Shown here: piece by piece, positions 29,193 to 39,768 of the stretch | Layout: each line of letters starts with the position of its first letter | Numbering within the stretch: position 1 is the stretch's first letter | Assembly: GCA_032250835.1 (NCBI GenBank) | Contig: JAVVEA010000005.1 | Span: forward strand, 32,001 to 96,000 | Length of the DNA stretch: 64,000 nt | DNA from: a bacterium | Lineage (GTDB): Bacteria > SAR324 > XYD2-FULL-50-16 | Direction of reading: 5' to 3' | Program-made: the position numbers and the translations under genes | The notes under the pieces: model-generated | Seen by the model: the letters and a program-made list of their open reading frames with translations, nothing else | The model's database searches: none | What the model was told of the DNA's origin: nothing

Positions 29193-30389
29193 ATGCCTTG
29201 GATCCTACTATTCTTGTTCCTCTTAGCGCTGCCTTCTCCTGGCTCCGCCTATTTTGACGAAGACTGGGAGATTAAGCCCCACTACCTGGCCGAAGAAGCC
29301 TTCTTCGACCTTCTGGCCTACCAATATCCCGCTGATTGGGAGCAACGCTTCACCGCACAGCGCAATGGACTGCGTTCGACGGTCGGTAGCATCAGCATGG
29401 AAGATTTCTACCAGCACCTAGAGGTCCACCTTGCCCAAGATCTGGGTTCAGACCTGGACTTCGGTTACCACTACGAAGAAACCTCCTTATACAAACCCAC
29501 CCGACCGAGCCAAGAAGCCTACCTAGCCTGGGGCCGTCCCTGGCGCTTCGACCTCTTAGGTTTTCCCTCTCAAGACAAATCCCAGGGCGACCTAGGCTGG
29601 GCCGTAGGATACGGCAGGCGGCACGAGACCAAGTATTTTCGGGCCTCAAGGCTCTACCAAAATGCTTTGTACAATGAAAAACGTAAAACCGACGAGGTCA
29701 GTGCCGTCTTAGACGAAGCAGTGGTCACTCCGGTGACGGACCGCGTCGAATGGGTCTGGCGTGAAGAGGGGGGCTATTTTCTGGCCGGTGAGGCAATCTG
29801 GGAACATAGGGCGGAGCACCGCTGGCTTGAGCCGGAACTAACCCGCAGCCACCAAGCCCAAAAGCTACGGCTGCGCGGCGAGTGGGGCGGGGAACAAGCT
29901 TTAGGGATCAAGGCCATCAGCGACCGGCAACGGCGCACCCAGGTATCTGCCGAGCAGGAGCGAACGGCCCAGGATCTTGGGTTTTATTGGTTAGAGGCCT
30001 ATGGCCGCACAACGCTGTTGGAAAAACTTCAAATACAACTAGGCAGCCAGCGGGGCCGGTTTGAAAACCAGATCACCGCCGACCGGGCGGCGGATCGATA
30101 CCAAAACAAACTAGACAGCGCCCAGCTCTACGGCCAAATCCGCTACCGCAGTTCTGCCCATAGCGAATGGTTCACCTCCTTGCAAGCGGGACCCTCACAT
30201 TTAGTCAAGCGCTTCGACGACTCAAACAATGATATAGATTCCCAAACCACGCAGCTTAAGGCCAGTCTAGGGTATCTTTTAAGTAAGCTGGATCGTTGGC
30301 AACTTTATCTCAACAGCACCTGGGATTTGGATGTTATCCATTACCGGCAATGGGACGGCGGGAACCTAATGGTGCAGATGTTTTTTTAG
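29193..30389 (+). CDS. Predicted outer-membrane beta-barrel protein
   Basis: Signal peptide; many alternating amphipathic strands rich in Y/W/G; C-terminal GNLMVQMFF. Confidence 0.7.
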   Translation: MPWILLFLFLLALPSPGSAYFDEDWEIKPHYLAEEAFFDLLAYQYPADWEQRFTAQRNGLRSTVGSISMEDFYQHLEVHLAQDLGSDLDFGYHYEETSLYKPTRPSQEAYLAWGRPWRFDLLGFPSQDKSQGDLGWAVGYGRRHETKYFRASRLYQNALYNEKRKTDEVSAVLDEAVVTPVTDRVEWVWREEGGYFLAGEAIWEHRAEHRWLEPELTRSHQAQKLRLRGEWGGEQALGIKAISDRQRRTQVSAEQERTAQDLGFYWLEAYGRTTLLEKLQIQLGSQRGRFENQITADRAADRYQNKLDSAQLYGQIRYRSSAHSEWFTSLQAGPSHLVKRFDDSNNDIDSQTTQLKASLGYLLSKLDRWQLYLNSTWDLDVIHYRQWDGGNLMVQMFF

Positions 30390-31096
30390 TGCAGGTCGCC
30401 AAAGTAGGCCCCGAAGAGACTTAATCCCGCCAAAGCGGCCGTATCGGCGCGCAGGACACGCGGGCCCAGCTTTAGGTATTGCCCCTGGAATCCCGCCAAT
30501 TCTTCTTGGGCAAAGCCCCCTTCGGGCCCCAACAACATCCGAGCCGCCCCCTCTAGGGCTAGGTCCTTCAATAACGGTCCCTCATGGTAAGGGTCCAGGA
30601 CAAAACAAGGCTCACTAAAGCTCGATACCAGCGGGCTGGTTTCTTCTAATCCCAGTTCCGGAGGCCGCTGACGGCCCGATTGTTTACAGGCTTCCCATAA
30701 AATCTTTTGCCAACGCTCCTCCTTTTTTTCCCGGTCTCGTCCTTCGGGAAGTCGTTGGCTATGTTCGGATTCAAACAAATAGATTCCCGCCGCGCCCAGC
30801 TCTGTGGCCTTCTGTAAGATAAAGTCCAGCGCCTTTTCTTTGACCATCGCTTGGTGTAGGTATAGCTTAAACTCGGGCTCCGCCGGAGGCGTCAATGGTC
30901 TTTGGGGCAAAAGTTCCAAGGAGCGCCGCTCGCGGGCCAAAACGCGGCAGAGGAAGCGTTGGCCGGTGGGGTCTTGGATTTCTAGTTCCTCATCAGCGCG
31001 GATCCGCCTGGACTGGAGCAGGTGGGCCGCTTCTTCGCCTTCAAGACGAAAGGCCTGATCTAAGACCAAATTCAGATCTGCCAGGAAATATCCCAT
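30386..31096 (-). CDS. rsmE: 16S rRNA m3U1498 methyltransferase
   Basis: ILQKATELG, EACKQSGR, LGPEGGF, LGPRVLRADTA. Confidence 0.95.
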   Translation of the reverse strand: MGYFLADLNLVLDQAFRLEGEEAAHLLQSRRIRADEELEIQDPTGQRFLCRVLARERRSLELLPQRPLTPPAEPEFKLYLHQAMVKEKALDFILQKATELGAAGIYLFESEHSQRLPEGRDREKKEERWQKILWEACKQSGRQRPPELGLEETSPLVSSFSEPCFVLDPYHEGPLLKDLALEGAARMLLGPEGGFAQEELAGFQGQYLKLGPRVLRADTAALAGLSLFGAYFGDLH

Positions 31097-31187
31097 GCCG
31101 GTCTTGTCAAAGAAAGGTTGTCAGAATAACTTGGGGCCAACGCTTTTGCATATCTCACTTTAGACCGCAAGTCCACCTGGAGCCTAG

Positions 31188-32138
31188 ATGACCGACCAGT
31201 TAAGCCAACTCCGTGAAATGACTCAGGTAGTCGCCGATACCGGCGATTTGGAATCGATCAAACGATTCAGCCCCGTTGACGCCACCACCAACCCTTCCTT
31301 GATCCTCAAGGCGGTCCAATCCAAAGCCTACGATCACCTACTTAAAGAAGCCTTAGATTACGGCGCAGGTTTAGGCACAGCAGAAAAATTTTCCGGGGCC
31401 ATCGATTACCTAGCCGCAGGCATTGGCCGCGAAATCCTACAGGTCATTCCGGGGCGCATCTCTACGGAGGTGGACGCCCGGTTGTCTTTCGACACCCAAA
31501 CGACCCTAGAACGAGCCCGCCGCATCATAGGTCTATACCAGCAAGCCGGAGTCGGCAAAGAGCGGGTCTTGATCAAAGTGGCCGCCACTTGGGAAGGGAT
31601 TCAAGCCGCCAAGGTCTTAGAAACCGAAGGGATCAACACCAACGTGACCCTGCTCTTCAGCTTTGCTCAGGCCGTAGCCGCCGCCGAAGCCGGGGCCTAT
31701 CTGATCAGCCCTTTTGTGGGCCGCATTTTAGACTGGTATAAAGACAACCAGCCCCAGAGCGATTTTGAGGGAGCACAAGACCCAGGGGTGATCTCGGTTA
31801 CCGAGATTTATAAGTATTACAAGAAACATGGGTACCAGACCATCGTGATGGGCGCTAGTTTCCGTAATACCGGGGAAATCTTGGAACTTGCCGGATGTGA
31901 CCGATTGACCATCGGGCCCGGCCTCTTAGAAGAGCTCCAAGCAACCAAGGCTCCGGTGGAACGCAAACTTAGCCCCCAGATGGATTTGGGAACGCCCGCT
32001 AAATTACAGTTGGACGAAGCCCAGTTCCGCTGGATGCTCAATGAAGACGCCATGGCCACCGAAAAGCTGGCCGACGGAATCCGTCGCTTTGGCGCGGATA
32101 TCGTAACTTTAGAAGCCTTCTTGCAACAAAACAGCTAA
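31188..32138 (+). CDS. tal: Transaldolase
   Basis: [40 protein letters not shown]. Confidence 0.97.
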   Translation: MTDQLSQLREMTQVVADTGDLESIKRFSPVDATTNPSLILKAVQSKAYDHLLKEALDYGAGLGTAEKFSGAIDYLAAGIGREILQVIPGRISTEVDARLSFDTQTTLERARRIIGLYQQAGVGKERVLIKVAATWEGIQAAKVLETEGINTNVTLLFSFAQAVAAAEAGAYLISPFVGRILDWYKDNQPQSDFEGAQDPGVISVTEIYKYYKKHGYQTIVMGASFRNTGEILELAGCDRLTIGPGLLEELQATKAPVERKLSPQMDLGTPAKLQLDEAQFRWMLNEDAMATEKLADGIRRFGADIVTLEAFLQQNS

Positions 32139-32145
32139 GGACCCC

Positions 32146-33036
32146 ATGGAACGACTGGCCAGTAAACCGATCCGCGAAGCTATTGAGGTAGACCTAAAAA
32201 AAGAGGTCGCCCGGATCAAAGAAGAAGCAAAAATAGAAGTTTGCCTTGCGGTGATCTTGGTCGGTGATGACCCGGCCAGTCACGTTTACGTGGCCAGCAA
32301 GGAAAAGGCCTGTGGCCGTTTGGGCATCAAGAGCATCGTCATGAGGCTCCCAGCCGAAACCAGCCAAGCCGAATTATTGGCGCTAATCGACCAGTATAAC
32401 AAGGACCCGGACATCCACGGCATCTTGTGTCAAGTCCCCTTGCCCAAGCATTGTAACGAATCCGAGATGATCGAAGCCATCGCCCCCCAAAAGGATGTGG
32501 ATTGCTTCCATCCCTACAACCTGGGCCTATTAGCGGCAGGCACGCCCAAATTCATGCCCTGCACGCCCTTTGGCGTCCTCCAAATTTTAAAGCGGAGCCA
32601 GATCCAAACGTCCGGTAAAAAGGTGGTCATCGTCGGGCGTAGCAATATTGTGGGGCGGCCTTTGTCCATTTTGTTGTCCCTTAAGGAATGGAATGCTACG
32701 GTGACGCTCTGTCATTCGGGCACCGCCGATTTGGCGGCCGAATGCCGCCAAGCGGATATTCTAATCGCCGCTATCGGGCGGCCTGACTTTATCACCAAAG
32801 AATTCGTCAAGCCCGGTGCCGTTTTGATCGACGTGGGCATCAACCGAGTTGAAGACCCCGAACACCCCAAGGGTGCACGCTTGGTCGGCGACATCGATTA
32901 TGAAGGGGTCTCTTCCATCGCCAGCGCCTGCACGCCGGTCCCTGGCGGAGTGGGGCCCATGACGATCAACATGTTAATGTACAACGTGGTCAACGCCGCC
33001 CGCTTCCAGCTGGGCCTAGAGGCCTATAAACTTTAA
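32146..33036 (+). CDS. folD: Methylenetetrahydrofolate dehydrogenase/cyclohydrolase
   Basis: KDVDCFHP, PCTPFG, GRSNIVGRP, TPVPGGVGPMT. Confidence 0.97.
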   Translation: MERLASKPIREAIEVDLKKEVARIKEEAKIEVCLAVILVGDDPASHVYVASKEKACGRLGIKSIVMRLPAETSQAELLALIDQYNKDPDIHGILCQVPLPKHCNESEMIEAIAPQKDVDCFHPYNLGLLAAGTPKFMPCTPFGVLQILKRSQIQTSGKKVVIVGRSNIVGRPLSILLSLKEWNATVTLCHSGTADLAAECRQADILIAAIGRPDFITKEFVKPGAVLIDVGINRVEDPEHPKGARLVGDIDYEGVSSIASACTPVPGGVGPMTINMLMYNVVNAARFQLGLEAYKL

Positions 33037-33045
33037 GGAAGGTCT

Positions 33046-34341
33046 TTGAACCAAAGCGCCACCAAAAGCCTGCGGGTCCTGCCCAACGGATTGAAGCTTT
33101 ATTGTTTGGCCCACCCGGGCATCAAAACCCTGACCATGCACGCCTGGGTATTTACAGGCTCGGCCTTTGAGTCGCCCGAGGTCAACGGGGTCAGCCACTT
33201 CTTGGAGCATATGCTCTTTAGGGGCAATGCCCAGCTAGGTAACTCCGTAGAGATGAGCTTGGCCATTGAGCGCCTGGGCGGGGAAATGAACGCCGCCACC
33301 GGCTTTGACCACACCGAATATTGGTTGGAGTGCCACCGGGACTACCTGGACCAAGCGCTATCGAACTTCGCTGCCTTTTTGTGTTACCCCAGTTTTGAAC
33401 AGATCGATACGGAACGAGCGATTATTTTAGAAGAGATCAAAAGCGACTTCAACGAGAAGGAGCAACTGATCGACCCCGACCAGCTTTCTGCCCAAGCGAT
33501 TTGGCCCGGTCAGGCCATGGGCCTTCCGGTCTCGGGCACCCAAGCTTCCGTTTCGGCCCTTGAGGTGCCTCACTTACGCGGCTGGTACGAGCAGTATTAC
33601 ACGGCCAACAACATGATCTTAGGCATCTCCGGCGACTTTGACCCCGCCCGAGCCGAAGAGATGTTTTCGCACCATCTAGCGCAACTTCCTCCGGGCCGCC
33701 GCTACCAATACCAACCGCCGGTTAGCCGCATCCTGGCCGAGACCCAATTCACTTGGTCGGTTGAGCCAGACAATCAGTACAACCTCGCCTGGAGCTTCCT
33801 GCACGACCACCTAACGCCTCGGCACCGGGTTTTGCTGCAATTGATCTCGCGCATGCTCGACGATGGGTCTTCTTCTAGGCTGCAACGGATCATCCGTGAA
33901 GAGTTGGGGCTGGTCTACGACATCCACCTCTCGCCTAGCTTTTATGACGGCGGGGCTGCTTTGGTCTTACAGGCAACGGTAGGTAAGGAACGTTTAGGGG
34001 AGTTGGTAGACGCGCTGGTGGTGCTCTTAAATGAAGTGATCCAAAAGGGCTTTGGCCCCGAAGAGCTACATTTATCAAAGCTCCGGTTACAGACTGCCTT
34101 AGACTGCTTTAGTGACACCGCCGAAGGGCGTTTGCACGAAATGGTGGCCCCGGAGTTGTACCCCGCTTACCTGCCCTTAGACAGCCTGACCCATTTATTG
34201 GCGGAAATTGATCTCGAAGAGGTCAACCAGATGGCCGCCAAGGTTCTTTCCAACAAAGAATCGGCCTTCGTTTTTGTGGGCCCCGAACCAGGACCGCTGA
34301 AAGGAAAAATCCAAGACAAACTAGCCCCTTGGAGCCTTTAA
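33046..34341 (+). CDS. M16 family zinc peptidase
   Basis: GVSHFLEHMLFRG inverted zinc motif; SSRLQRIIREELGLVY. Confidence 0.93.
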   Translation: MNQSATKSLRVLPNGLKLYCLAHPGIKTLTMHAWVFTGSAFESPEVNGVSHFLEHMLFRGNAQLGNSVEMSLAIERLGGEMNAATGFDHTEYWLECHRDYLDQALSNFAAFLCYPSFEQIDTERAIILEEIKSDFNEKEQLIDPDQLSAQAIWPGQAMGLPVSGTQASVSALEVPHLRGWYEQYYTANNMILGISGDFDPARAEEMFSHHLAQLPPGRRYQYQPPVSRILAETQFTWSVEPDNQYNLAWSFLHDHLTPRHRVLLQLISRMLDDGSSSRLQRIIREELGLVYDIHLSPSFYDGGAALVLQATVGKERLGELVDALVVLLNEVIQKGFGPEELHLSKLRLQTALDCFSDTAEGRLHEMVAPELYPAYLPLDSLTHLLAEIDLEEVNQMAAKVLSNKESAFVFVGPEPGPLKGKIQDKLAPWSL

Positions 34342-34419
34342 ACAACATCCCGCCTTAACTTGGCGCTACCGACGGGCAAGCTAGCCTAATGGCCCTCAAC
34401 CTGACCCACAGTTAACCCT

Positions 34420-35679
34420 ATGTCTTTGTTTAGAAAAGCCGCCAAAATCCAGAAGCCGAGCCCCAGCGCTACGGCTGCTTTAAACAGCCAATTGGTGCTG
34501 CACATTTCGTCGATCTTTTCCTTGGCCGTTGATTCGGGCGACGACATCACCATGCTCAAGGACCGGGTTGCCAGCACCTCGGCCCAAACCACCGAGCTTT
34601 CAGCGACGACCGAAGAGTTAGACCGCAACACCCGTGACGTACTAGAATTAGTTAAAGAAACCAGTGAATCAGCCCGAGCGATGTCCGACGCTTCGAAAGA
34701 AGGCGGCAAGGTAGTTAACGAAATGTTGACCGCCAACCGGGCTCTGGCCGGGGCTACCGAAGAGTCCACCAGCCTGATCCACGAATTAAGCCAAGACAGC
34801 GAGCGGATCGGCAAGGCCGTGACCATCATCGATTCCGTGGCCAACCAGACCAACCTACTCAGCCTCAACGCCGCGATTGAGGCGGCTAAAGCGGGAGAAC
34901 AGGGTAAGGGTTTTGCGGTGGTGGCCGACGAAGTCCGCACCTTGGCGGGCCGGGCCGCAGAAGCGAGCCGTAGCATCCGAGAATCGGTGGAAGTGGTCCA
35001 AGATAAAGTCAAAAAAACCTTGGCCAAGTTTGACCAGATTTCACAAATGGCCCAAAACAACCTCACCCATTCGGATGCCATCCAAGAAGCCTTTGAGGCG
35101 ATCATGCAGATGGCCGACAGCGTCACCGAGGTGGCGGGTAAGTTAGACACCAGCATGGAAGAGCAAGCCAGTGCGATCAGCGAAACGGCTCGCACCGTAG
35201 AAGCGCTTTCCGAAGAACTCCGCGAAGAGGCCGACCGACTCGAAGACAGCTTAGACCCGGCGGTCCATCAGATGGTTAAAGAGACGGGGTTGATGGACCA
35301 GGCGGTCTTTAAACTAGATATTAGTGACAAAGACCTGCTCGAAACGGCGATCAAAGACCACCAACGTTGGGTGCATCGGATAAAGCGGATGTTAAAAGGA
35401 GAAATCCACCTAAGCGCCGATGCCAGCTTGGCAGACCCGCATAAATGCCGTTTAGGGAAATGGTATTTCAACCTGGAGCACCCGCGCATTCAAGCCCAAG
35501 CAGAGGCGAAGCGACTCTTTGAGGCAATGGACGCGCCCCATGCCCGCATCCACCAAACCTTCTACAACCTGATCCAAGCCCACCAACAGGGTAAAAACAC
35601 CTCTTCGCTAGAAGCGGATTTGAAGCAATGCTCTGAGGTGATTGTGGGCAACCTAGAAAAGCTGGCGGAGATCATCTAA
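34420..35679 (+). CDS. Soluble methyl-accepting chemotaxis protein with C-terminal CZB domain
   Basis: [36 protein letters not shown]...CRLGKWY...HARIH; no TM. Confidence 0.93.
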   Translation: MSLFRKAAKIQKPSPSATAALNSQLVLHISSIFSLAVDSGDDITMLKDRVASTSAQTTELSATTEELDRNTRDVLELVKETSESARAMSDASKEGGKVVNEMLTANRALAGATEESTSLIHELSQDSERIGKAVTIIDSVANQTNLLSLNAAIEAAKAGEQGKGFAVVADEVRTLAGRAAEASRSIRESVEVVQDKVKKTLAKFDQISQMAQNNLTHSDAIQEAFEAIMQMADSVTEVAGKLDTSMEEQASAISETARTVEALSEELREEADRLEDSLDPAVHQMVKETGLMDQAVFKLDISDKDLLETAIKDHQRWVHRIKRMLKGEIHLSADASLADPHKCRLGKWYFNLEHPRIQAQAEAKRLFEAMDAPHARIHQTFYNLIQAHQQGKNTSSLEADLKQCSEVIVGNLEKLAEII

Positions 35680-36272
35680 ATTTTTTGCAAAATATAGGCG
35701 CGAAAACAGGGAAACAGGACCTTCTTCCAAGCCAACCGCTTCAGGCCCACTTCAGCAAACCGGGCTTCGAGTTGATCAAAGTTAAAGGCCCCTTCGGGCG
35801 GGATGCCAAAGCCAAAGACCCGCCGGAAGAAAGCCGCCGAAGTCCCATTGGGCTCTTCGATCAGCAAATAGCCGCCCGGCTTGAGCAAACCGGCAATCTC
35901 TGCTGCGGCGCGCCGCCAATCTTCTAGGTGGTGCAACAACCCAAAAGCAAAGGCAAAATCAAAAGATTCGGGCTTTAAACCCAATTGGTGGACATCGGCC
36001 AAAACCCACAAGGCTTCGGTGGGGTAGCGGCGGGCTAACTCTAGTTGCCGGGGCATGACGTCGCAAGCAACCAAACGGTTCGGGCGGTAGGTTTGCGCTA
36101 GGAAATAACTGCTGTAGCCGGAACCGCAGGCTAGGTCTACCAAGGTCTTGCCGCTGGGGTCCACCTGTTGATCGGCCAGCAATTGGCGGAAGAGGCGAAA
36201 TTCCAAATGCCGTAACAACCCCTTGCGCAGCGGGTTGTTCATGGCCAGCATTTCTATAAAGTTCAGCTGCAT
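35676..36272 (-). CDS. Class I SAM-dependent methyltransferase
   Basis: [22 protein letters not shown] at 36272 overlaps aroA stop. Confidence 0.9.
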   Translation of the reverse strand: MQLNFIEMLAMNNPLRKGLLRHLEFRLFRQLLADQQVDPSGKTLVDLACGSGYSSYFLAQTYRPNRLVACDVMPRQLELARRYPTEALWVLADVHQLGLKPESFDFAFAFGLLHHLEDWRRAAAEIAGLLKPGGYLLIEEPNGTSAAFFRRVFGFGIPPEGAFNFDQLEARFAEVGLKRLAWKKVLFPCFRAYILQKI

Positions 36273-37588
36273 CAGCCCATTTGACGGACTAAGACACGGT
36301 CCTGCTCGGTGAGCGGCTTGAGCAGCGGGAAGAGGGTCTGGAAATAGCGGGGGAAGGTCTTGGTGACACAAGCGGGTTCCAAAAGCTTCACACCCGGCAG
36401 CTTCAGCCCCGCCAAGGAAAAGCACATGGCCATGCGGTGGTCGTCGTAGGTCTCCAACTCCGCGCCTTGTAAATTACCACCGCCGGTGATGGCCAAGCCA
36501 TCCTCAAACTCTTCGGCCACCGCCCCCAGCTTACGCAGCTCTGTGCAAACCGCTGTGATCCGGTCACATTCCTTGATCCGCATATTGGCCACATTGCGGA
36601 TCACCGTGCGGCCTTCGGCGAAGAGAGCGACCACCGCCAAGGTAGGGGCCACGTCGCTCATGCTGTTCATGTCCACCTCAACGGCCTTTAGGGGCCCGCC
36701 CTGAAGGACCACGCCGTCCGACTCCCAGCTCAAGGTACAGCCCATTTGCTCTAAAATGTAAATCAACCCCAAGTCTCCTTGGGTGCTATCCCTTTGCAGA
36801 CCCCGCACCTTAACCCGTCCACCGGTAACGGCGGCGAGGCCGAAAAAATAGCTCGCCGAACTGGCGTCGCCTTCAATCTCATAATCGCGCCCCTGATAGC
36901 CCTGACGCCCCGGAACCCGCAAGACCTGTTCACCTTCCCAATGGCTTTGGGCCCCGAAATCACTCATGATCTGGCGGGTCATCTCGACGTAGGTACGAGA
37001 AACCAAAGGGCCGTCGATCTCGATGCGGGTATCGCCTCCGGCGCAGGGGGCGGTCAACATCAAGGCGCTTAAGTACTGGCTGGACTTGTCACCGCGGATG
37101 GTGACCTGCCCGCCGGTGAATTTCCCTTGCACCCGCAACGGAGGGCAGCCAGTCCCTTCTAGGTCCAAAACCTCCACCCCCAGGGGCTTAAGCCCCTCAA
37201 TCAAGTCCCCAATGGGGCGTTGGCGCATCCGCGCATTGCCGTCGAGTCGGTAAGGCCCCTGACCGAGCCCTAAGGCAGCGGTCAAAAAGCGGGCGGCAGT
37301 ACCGGCGTTTTCTACATATAGTTCTCCCCCAAAAGGCGCAAAGGACCCCGCCGCGCCCAGCACAGACAACCATTCGCCTTGGGCCTCTAGATCGACGCCT
37401 AGGGCCTCTAAGGCTTTAGACATATAGTGGGTGTCGTCGCTGTGCAACATGCCGCCCAAGCGGCTTCGGCCCTCGGCCAATCCGGCGATCAGCAAAGCGC
37501 GGTTGGTCAGGCTTTTGGAGCCGGGCACACGCAGGTCCGCGTCTACCGGTCCCGAATTGGGGATGATCAAACTGTTGGGAAGGTCCAT
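36272..37588 (-). CDS. aroA: EPSP synthase
   Basis: PGSKSLTNR, NAGTAARF, SSQYLSA, KECDRI, DDHRMAM. Confidence 0.97.
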   Translation of the reverse strand: MDLPNSLIIPNSGPVDADLRVPGSKSLTNRALLIAGLAEGRSRLGGMLHSDDTHYMSKALEALGVDLEAQGEWLSVLGAAGSFAPFGGELYVENAGTAARFLTAALGLGQGPYRLDGNARMRQRPIGDLIEGLKPLGVEVLDLEGTGCPPLRVQGKFTGGQVTIRGDKSSQYLSALMLTAPCAGGDTRIEIDGPLVSRTYVEMTRQIMSDFGAQSHWEGEQVLRVPGRQGYQGRDYEIEGDASSASYFFGLAAVTGGRVKVRGLQRDSTQGDLGLIYILEQMGCTLSWESDGVVLQGGPLKAVEVDMNSMSDVAPTLAVVALFAEGRTVIRNVANMRIKECDRITAVCTELRKLGAVAEEFEDGLAITGGGNLQGAELETYDDHRMAMCFSLAGLKLPGVKLLEPACVTKTFPRYFQTLFPLLKPLTEQDRVLVRQMG

Positions 37589-37644
37589 TAGGGCTCCATG
37601 GGTTGGCCCCCAAAGTAGCCCAAGACCCCTAACTTGGCAAGCTG

Positions 37645-39096
37645 TCAGGGGATCAAGATATGCGCGTCGCCGAACTCAGGCTGGCTGGCAAAGGGGATTT
37701 GGGCGGGGTCTAAGGGCTGGCTGGTGTGGCTGAACAATAACGTCGCCGAGCCATCCTGGGCAAAGTCCTGGGGCTCCCCATGCACAAAGCCGCCGCCGAC
37801 ATCTACTTTTTTCAGGTCTAGGGGCTGGTCATAAGATTCTAACAGCGCGTCTTTGAATTTCTCAAAGGCTTTTGGGTTCGGTGCCGACCTGGCGAAGTCC
37901 TCTAAGACCTTACGGCTGGCAATATCCGTCAAATGGCCATAGGTCCGGTAACCTTCGGGCCCTTTGGCGCGCACCAAAAACAACGTAGTGTCGATGGGGT
38001 GGGCCGAAGGCAGGGCTTTAACCTCCAATCCCTTCAGGCGATTCCAGGCCCCAGGGATCAGGGGTTCAAACTGCAACTTTGCCCGCAGGCGGCTTTCGGC
38101 GGTGCCCGTTAAGGCGGCATATTTTTTCAGCAGACTCAAAAAAATCCGTGGCGTCGCCACAATTTTCAACTCAGGATTGCGCTTGAGCAACGAGAAAAAT
38201 CCACCAAAATGGTCGTCATGAACATGGGTGACCAGCACGCCTTCTAAGTCCTTGGCGCTTAGCCCCAAAGCTTTAATATTCTCGGCCACAAAAGGTCCCG
38301 CATCCATCAGGAACTTGCGGTTTTTATATAAGATCAGGCTCCCCATACAGGGGCGGTCTGGGTCCCATCCGTCCCCGTTGCCCACGTGAACCACTGCAAA
38401 ACGGGCTTGGGGTAAGGCGACTTTAGGCAACCGGTAACTGGGCGCAAAGCGTTCGCCCCGCTTTAGGCTGAGGTCCAGTTCGGCCCGTTGCCCTTGAAAA
38501 TCCACCACGAAGCGGTTGCCGCCTAATCGGGTGAGGATCAGCCCAGGGGCAAGCTCAAGCGTTTCTTGGTCGAAGGCCACTAGGTCCATCAGGTCCCCGG
38601 TCTCAGCGAACCGACCGTAGGCAAACTGCCGCTTCATTTCCAGATACAACTGCTTCTCCGCTACGGGCAGTTGCAATTCATCGTATTCGGACTCTAAATA
38701 CAGCCCATAGTTGCCCCGCTTGATGTATTCGGCCTGGGCAGCCAAAGCATTTGAGGCCCCAACCAGCCGAGGACGGCCAAACTTTTTTTGGGCCGGATGT
38801 CCCGGAATGCCAAGCCCCTGCTTGTAAAGCATGTGCAGCACCGGGAACTCCGCTAGGTTGGCCACTTCGCCTGCCTGGATCAATTGTTCCCCTAACAGCA
38901 AGGCATTAGGACCGGTTTCGCAAATCACGCCGCTTAAGTTTTGTTCGCTCACAAAACCTTGGACCCGCAGATGTTTGATCGCATCGGGCGGGGAACCGCA
39001 GAGCATACGTAGGCCTACTGCGGGCACCTGCAAATAGTAGCAGCCCGGCTGGATGCGGTCGAGTTGGAGGGCGTTCGCAATCGCCTTAGAGCTCAT
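37645..39096 (-). CDS. Metallo-beta-lactamase-fold hydrolase
   Basis: LMDAGP, THVHDDHFGG, SAHP. Confidence 0.85.
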   Translation of the reverse strand: MSSKAIANALQLDRIQPGCYYLQVPAVGLRMLCGSPPDAIKHLRVQGFVSEQNLSGVICETGPNALLLGEQLIQAGEVANLAEFPVLHMLYKQGLGIPGHPAQKKFGRPRLVGASNALAAQAEYIKRGNYGLYLESEYDELQLPVAEKQLYLEMKRQFAYGRFAETGDLMDLVAFDQETLELAPGLILTRLGGNRFVVDFQGQRAELDLSLKRGERFAPSYRLPKVALPQARFAVVHVGNGDGWDPDRPCMGSLILYKNRKFLMDAGPFVAENIKALGLSAKDLEGVLVTHVHDDHFGGFFSLLKRNPELKIVATPRIFLSLLKKYAALTGTAESRLRAKLQFEPLIPGAWNRLKGLEVKALPSAHPIDTTLFLVRAKGPEGYRTYGHLTDIASRKVLEDFARSAPNPKAFEKFKDALLESYDQPLDLKKVDVGGGFVHGEPQDFAQDGSATLLFSHTSQPLDPAQIPFASQPEFGDAHILIP

Positions 39097-39628
39097 CTTT
39101 TAAGTATTGATCCACCAGCACACTGGGGGCAAAGGTGGTTTCGCGGTATAGGGTGATGTGGTCCTGACGGGCCCAGCGGAAGAAATTATCAAAAATATAA
39201 CCCAACATGGGGTCCATATTCTGGGGGTCTTCTACGTTGCGCGCCGCCTGGGCAAAGTAAATGAGGTTGTGGAAGTCCGCTCTGGGGATGCCCACTAAGT
39301 CGTTGATCTTGGCCAGATAGACCTTTTCTGCATCGTGCAGCAGTCCATCGGCCATGGCCATCGAAATTAGGTCCAAAAGAAAGCTGTACTGCATCTTCTT
39401 TTGGCGTAACTCCTCAAAACCCGACTGGATCTCGGCTTCACTCAATTGTACTTTACTTACCAATTGGTCGTGTTCTGCCGCCGAGATACCGAAGCGGGTG
39501 AACATGCTTTCGAGTAGTTCCACTTCAGATTCATCTAGACTGCCGTCTACCGCCGCCATATGGGCCACTAAACGTAGGTAGAGGGACCTGGTTTGGGCGG
39601 GAAATTTCGTGATGTCGGCCAGCGTCAT
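39086..39628 (-). CDS. TerB-family protein
   Basis: Two MA.ADG...E.E motifs (MAAVDGSLDESE, MAMADGLLHDAE). Confidence 0.85.
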   Translation of the reverse strand: MTLADITKFPAQTRSLYLRLVAHMAAVDGSLDESEVELLESMFTRFGISAAEHDQLVSKVQLSEAEIQSGFEELRQKKMQYSFLLDLISMAMADGLLHDAEKVYLAKINDLVGIPRADFHNLIYFAQAARNVEDPQNMDPMLGYIFDNFFRWARQDHITLYRETTFAPSVLVDQYLKDEL

Positions 39629-39768
39629 GGTTTTCTTGGGTTGGGGTTGGTAGTTTTGGCTTGGTGGATATACAAAAATTCTGCCATAACGGAGCCATCA
39701 GCCCGGTACGACCCAACTAGGGCAACTATATATGATGATTTTCTTTTTGACCTCCCCCTATTTTACCA

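Noticed and set aside
34386-35195. 269 aa minus-strand ORF
   Set aside because: Antisense shadow of the chemoreceptor gene
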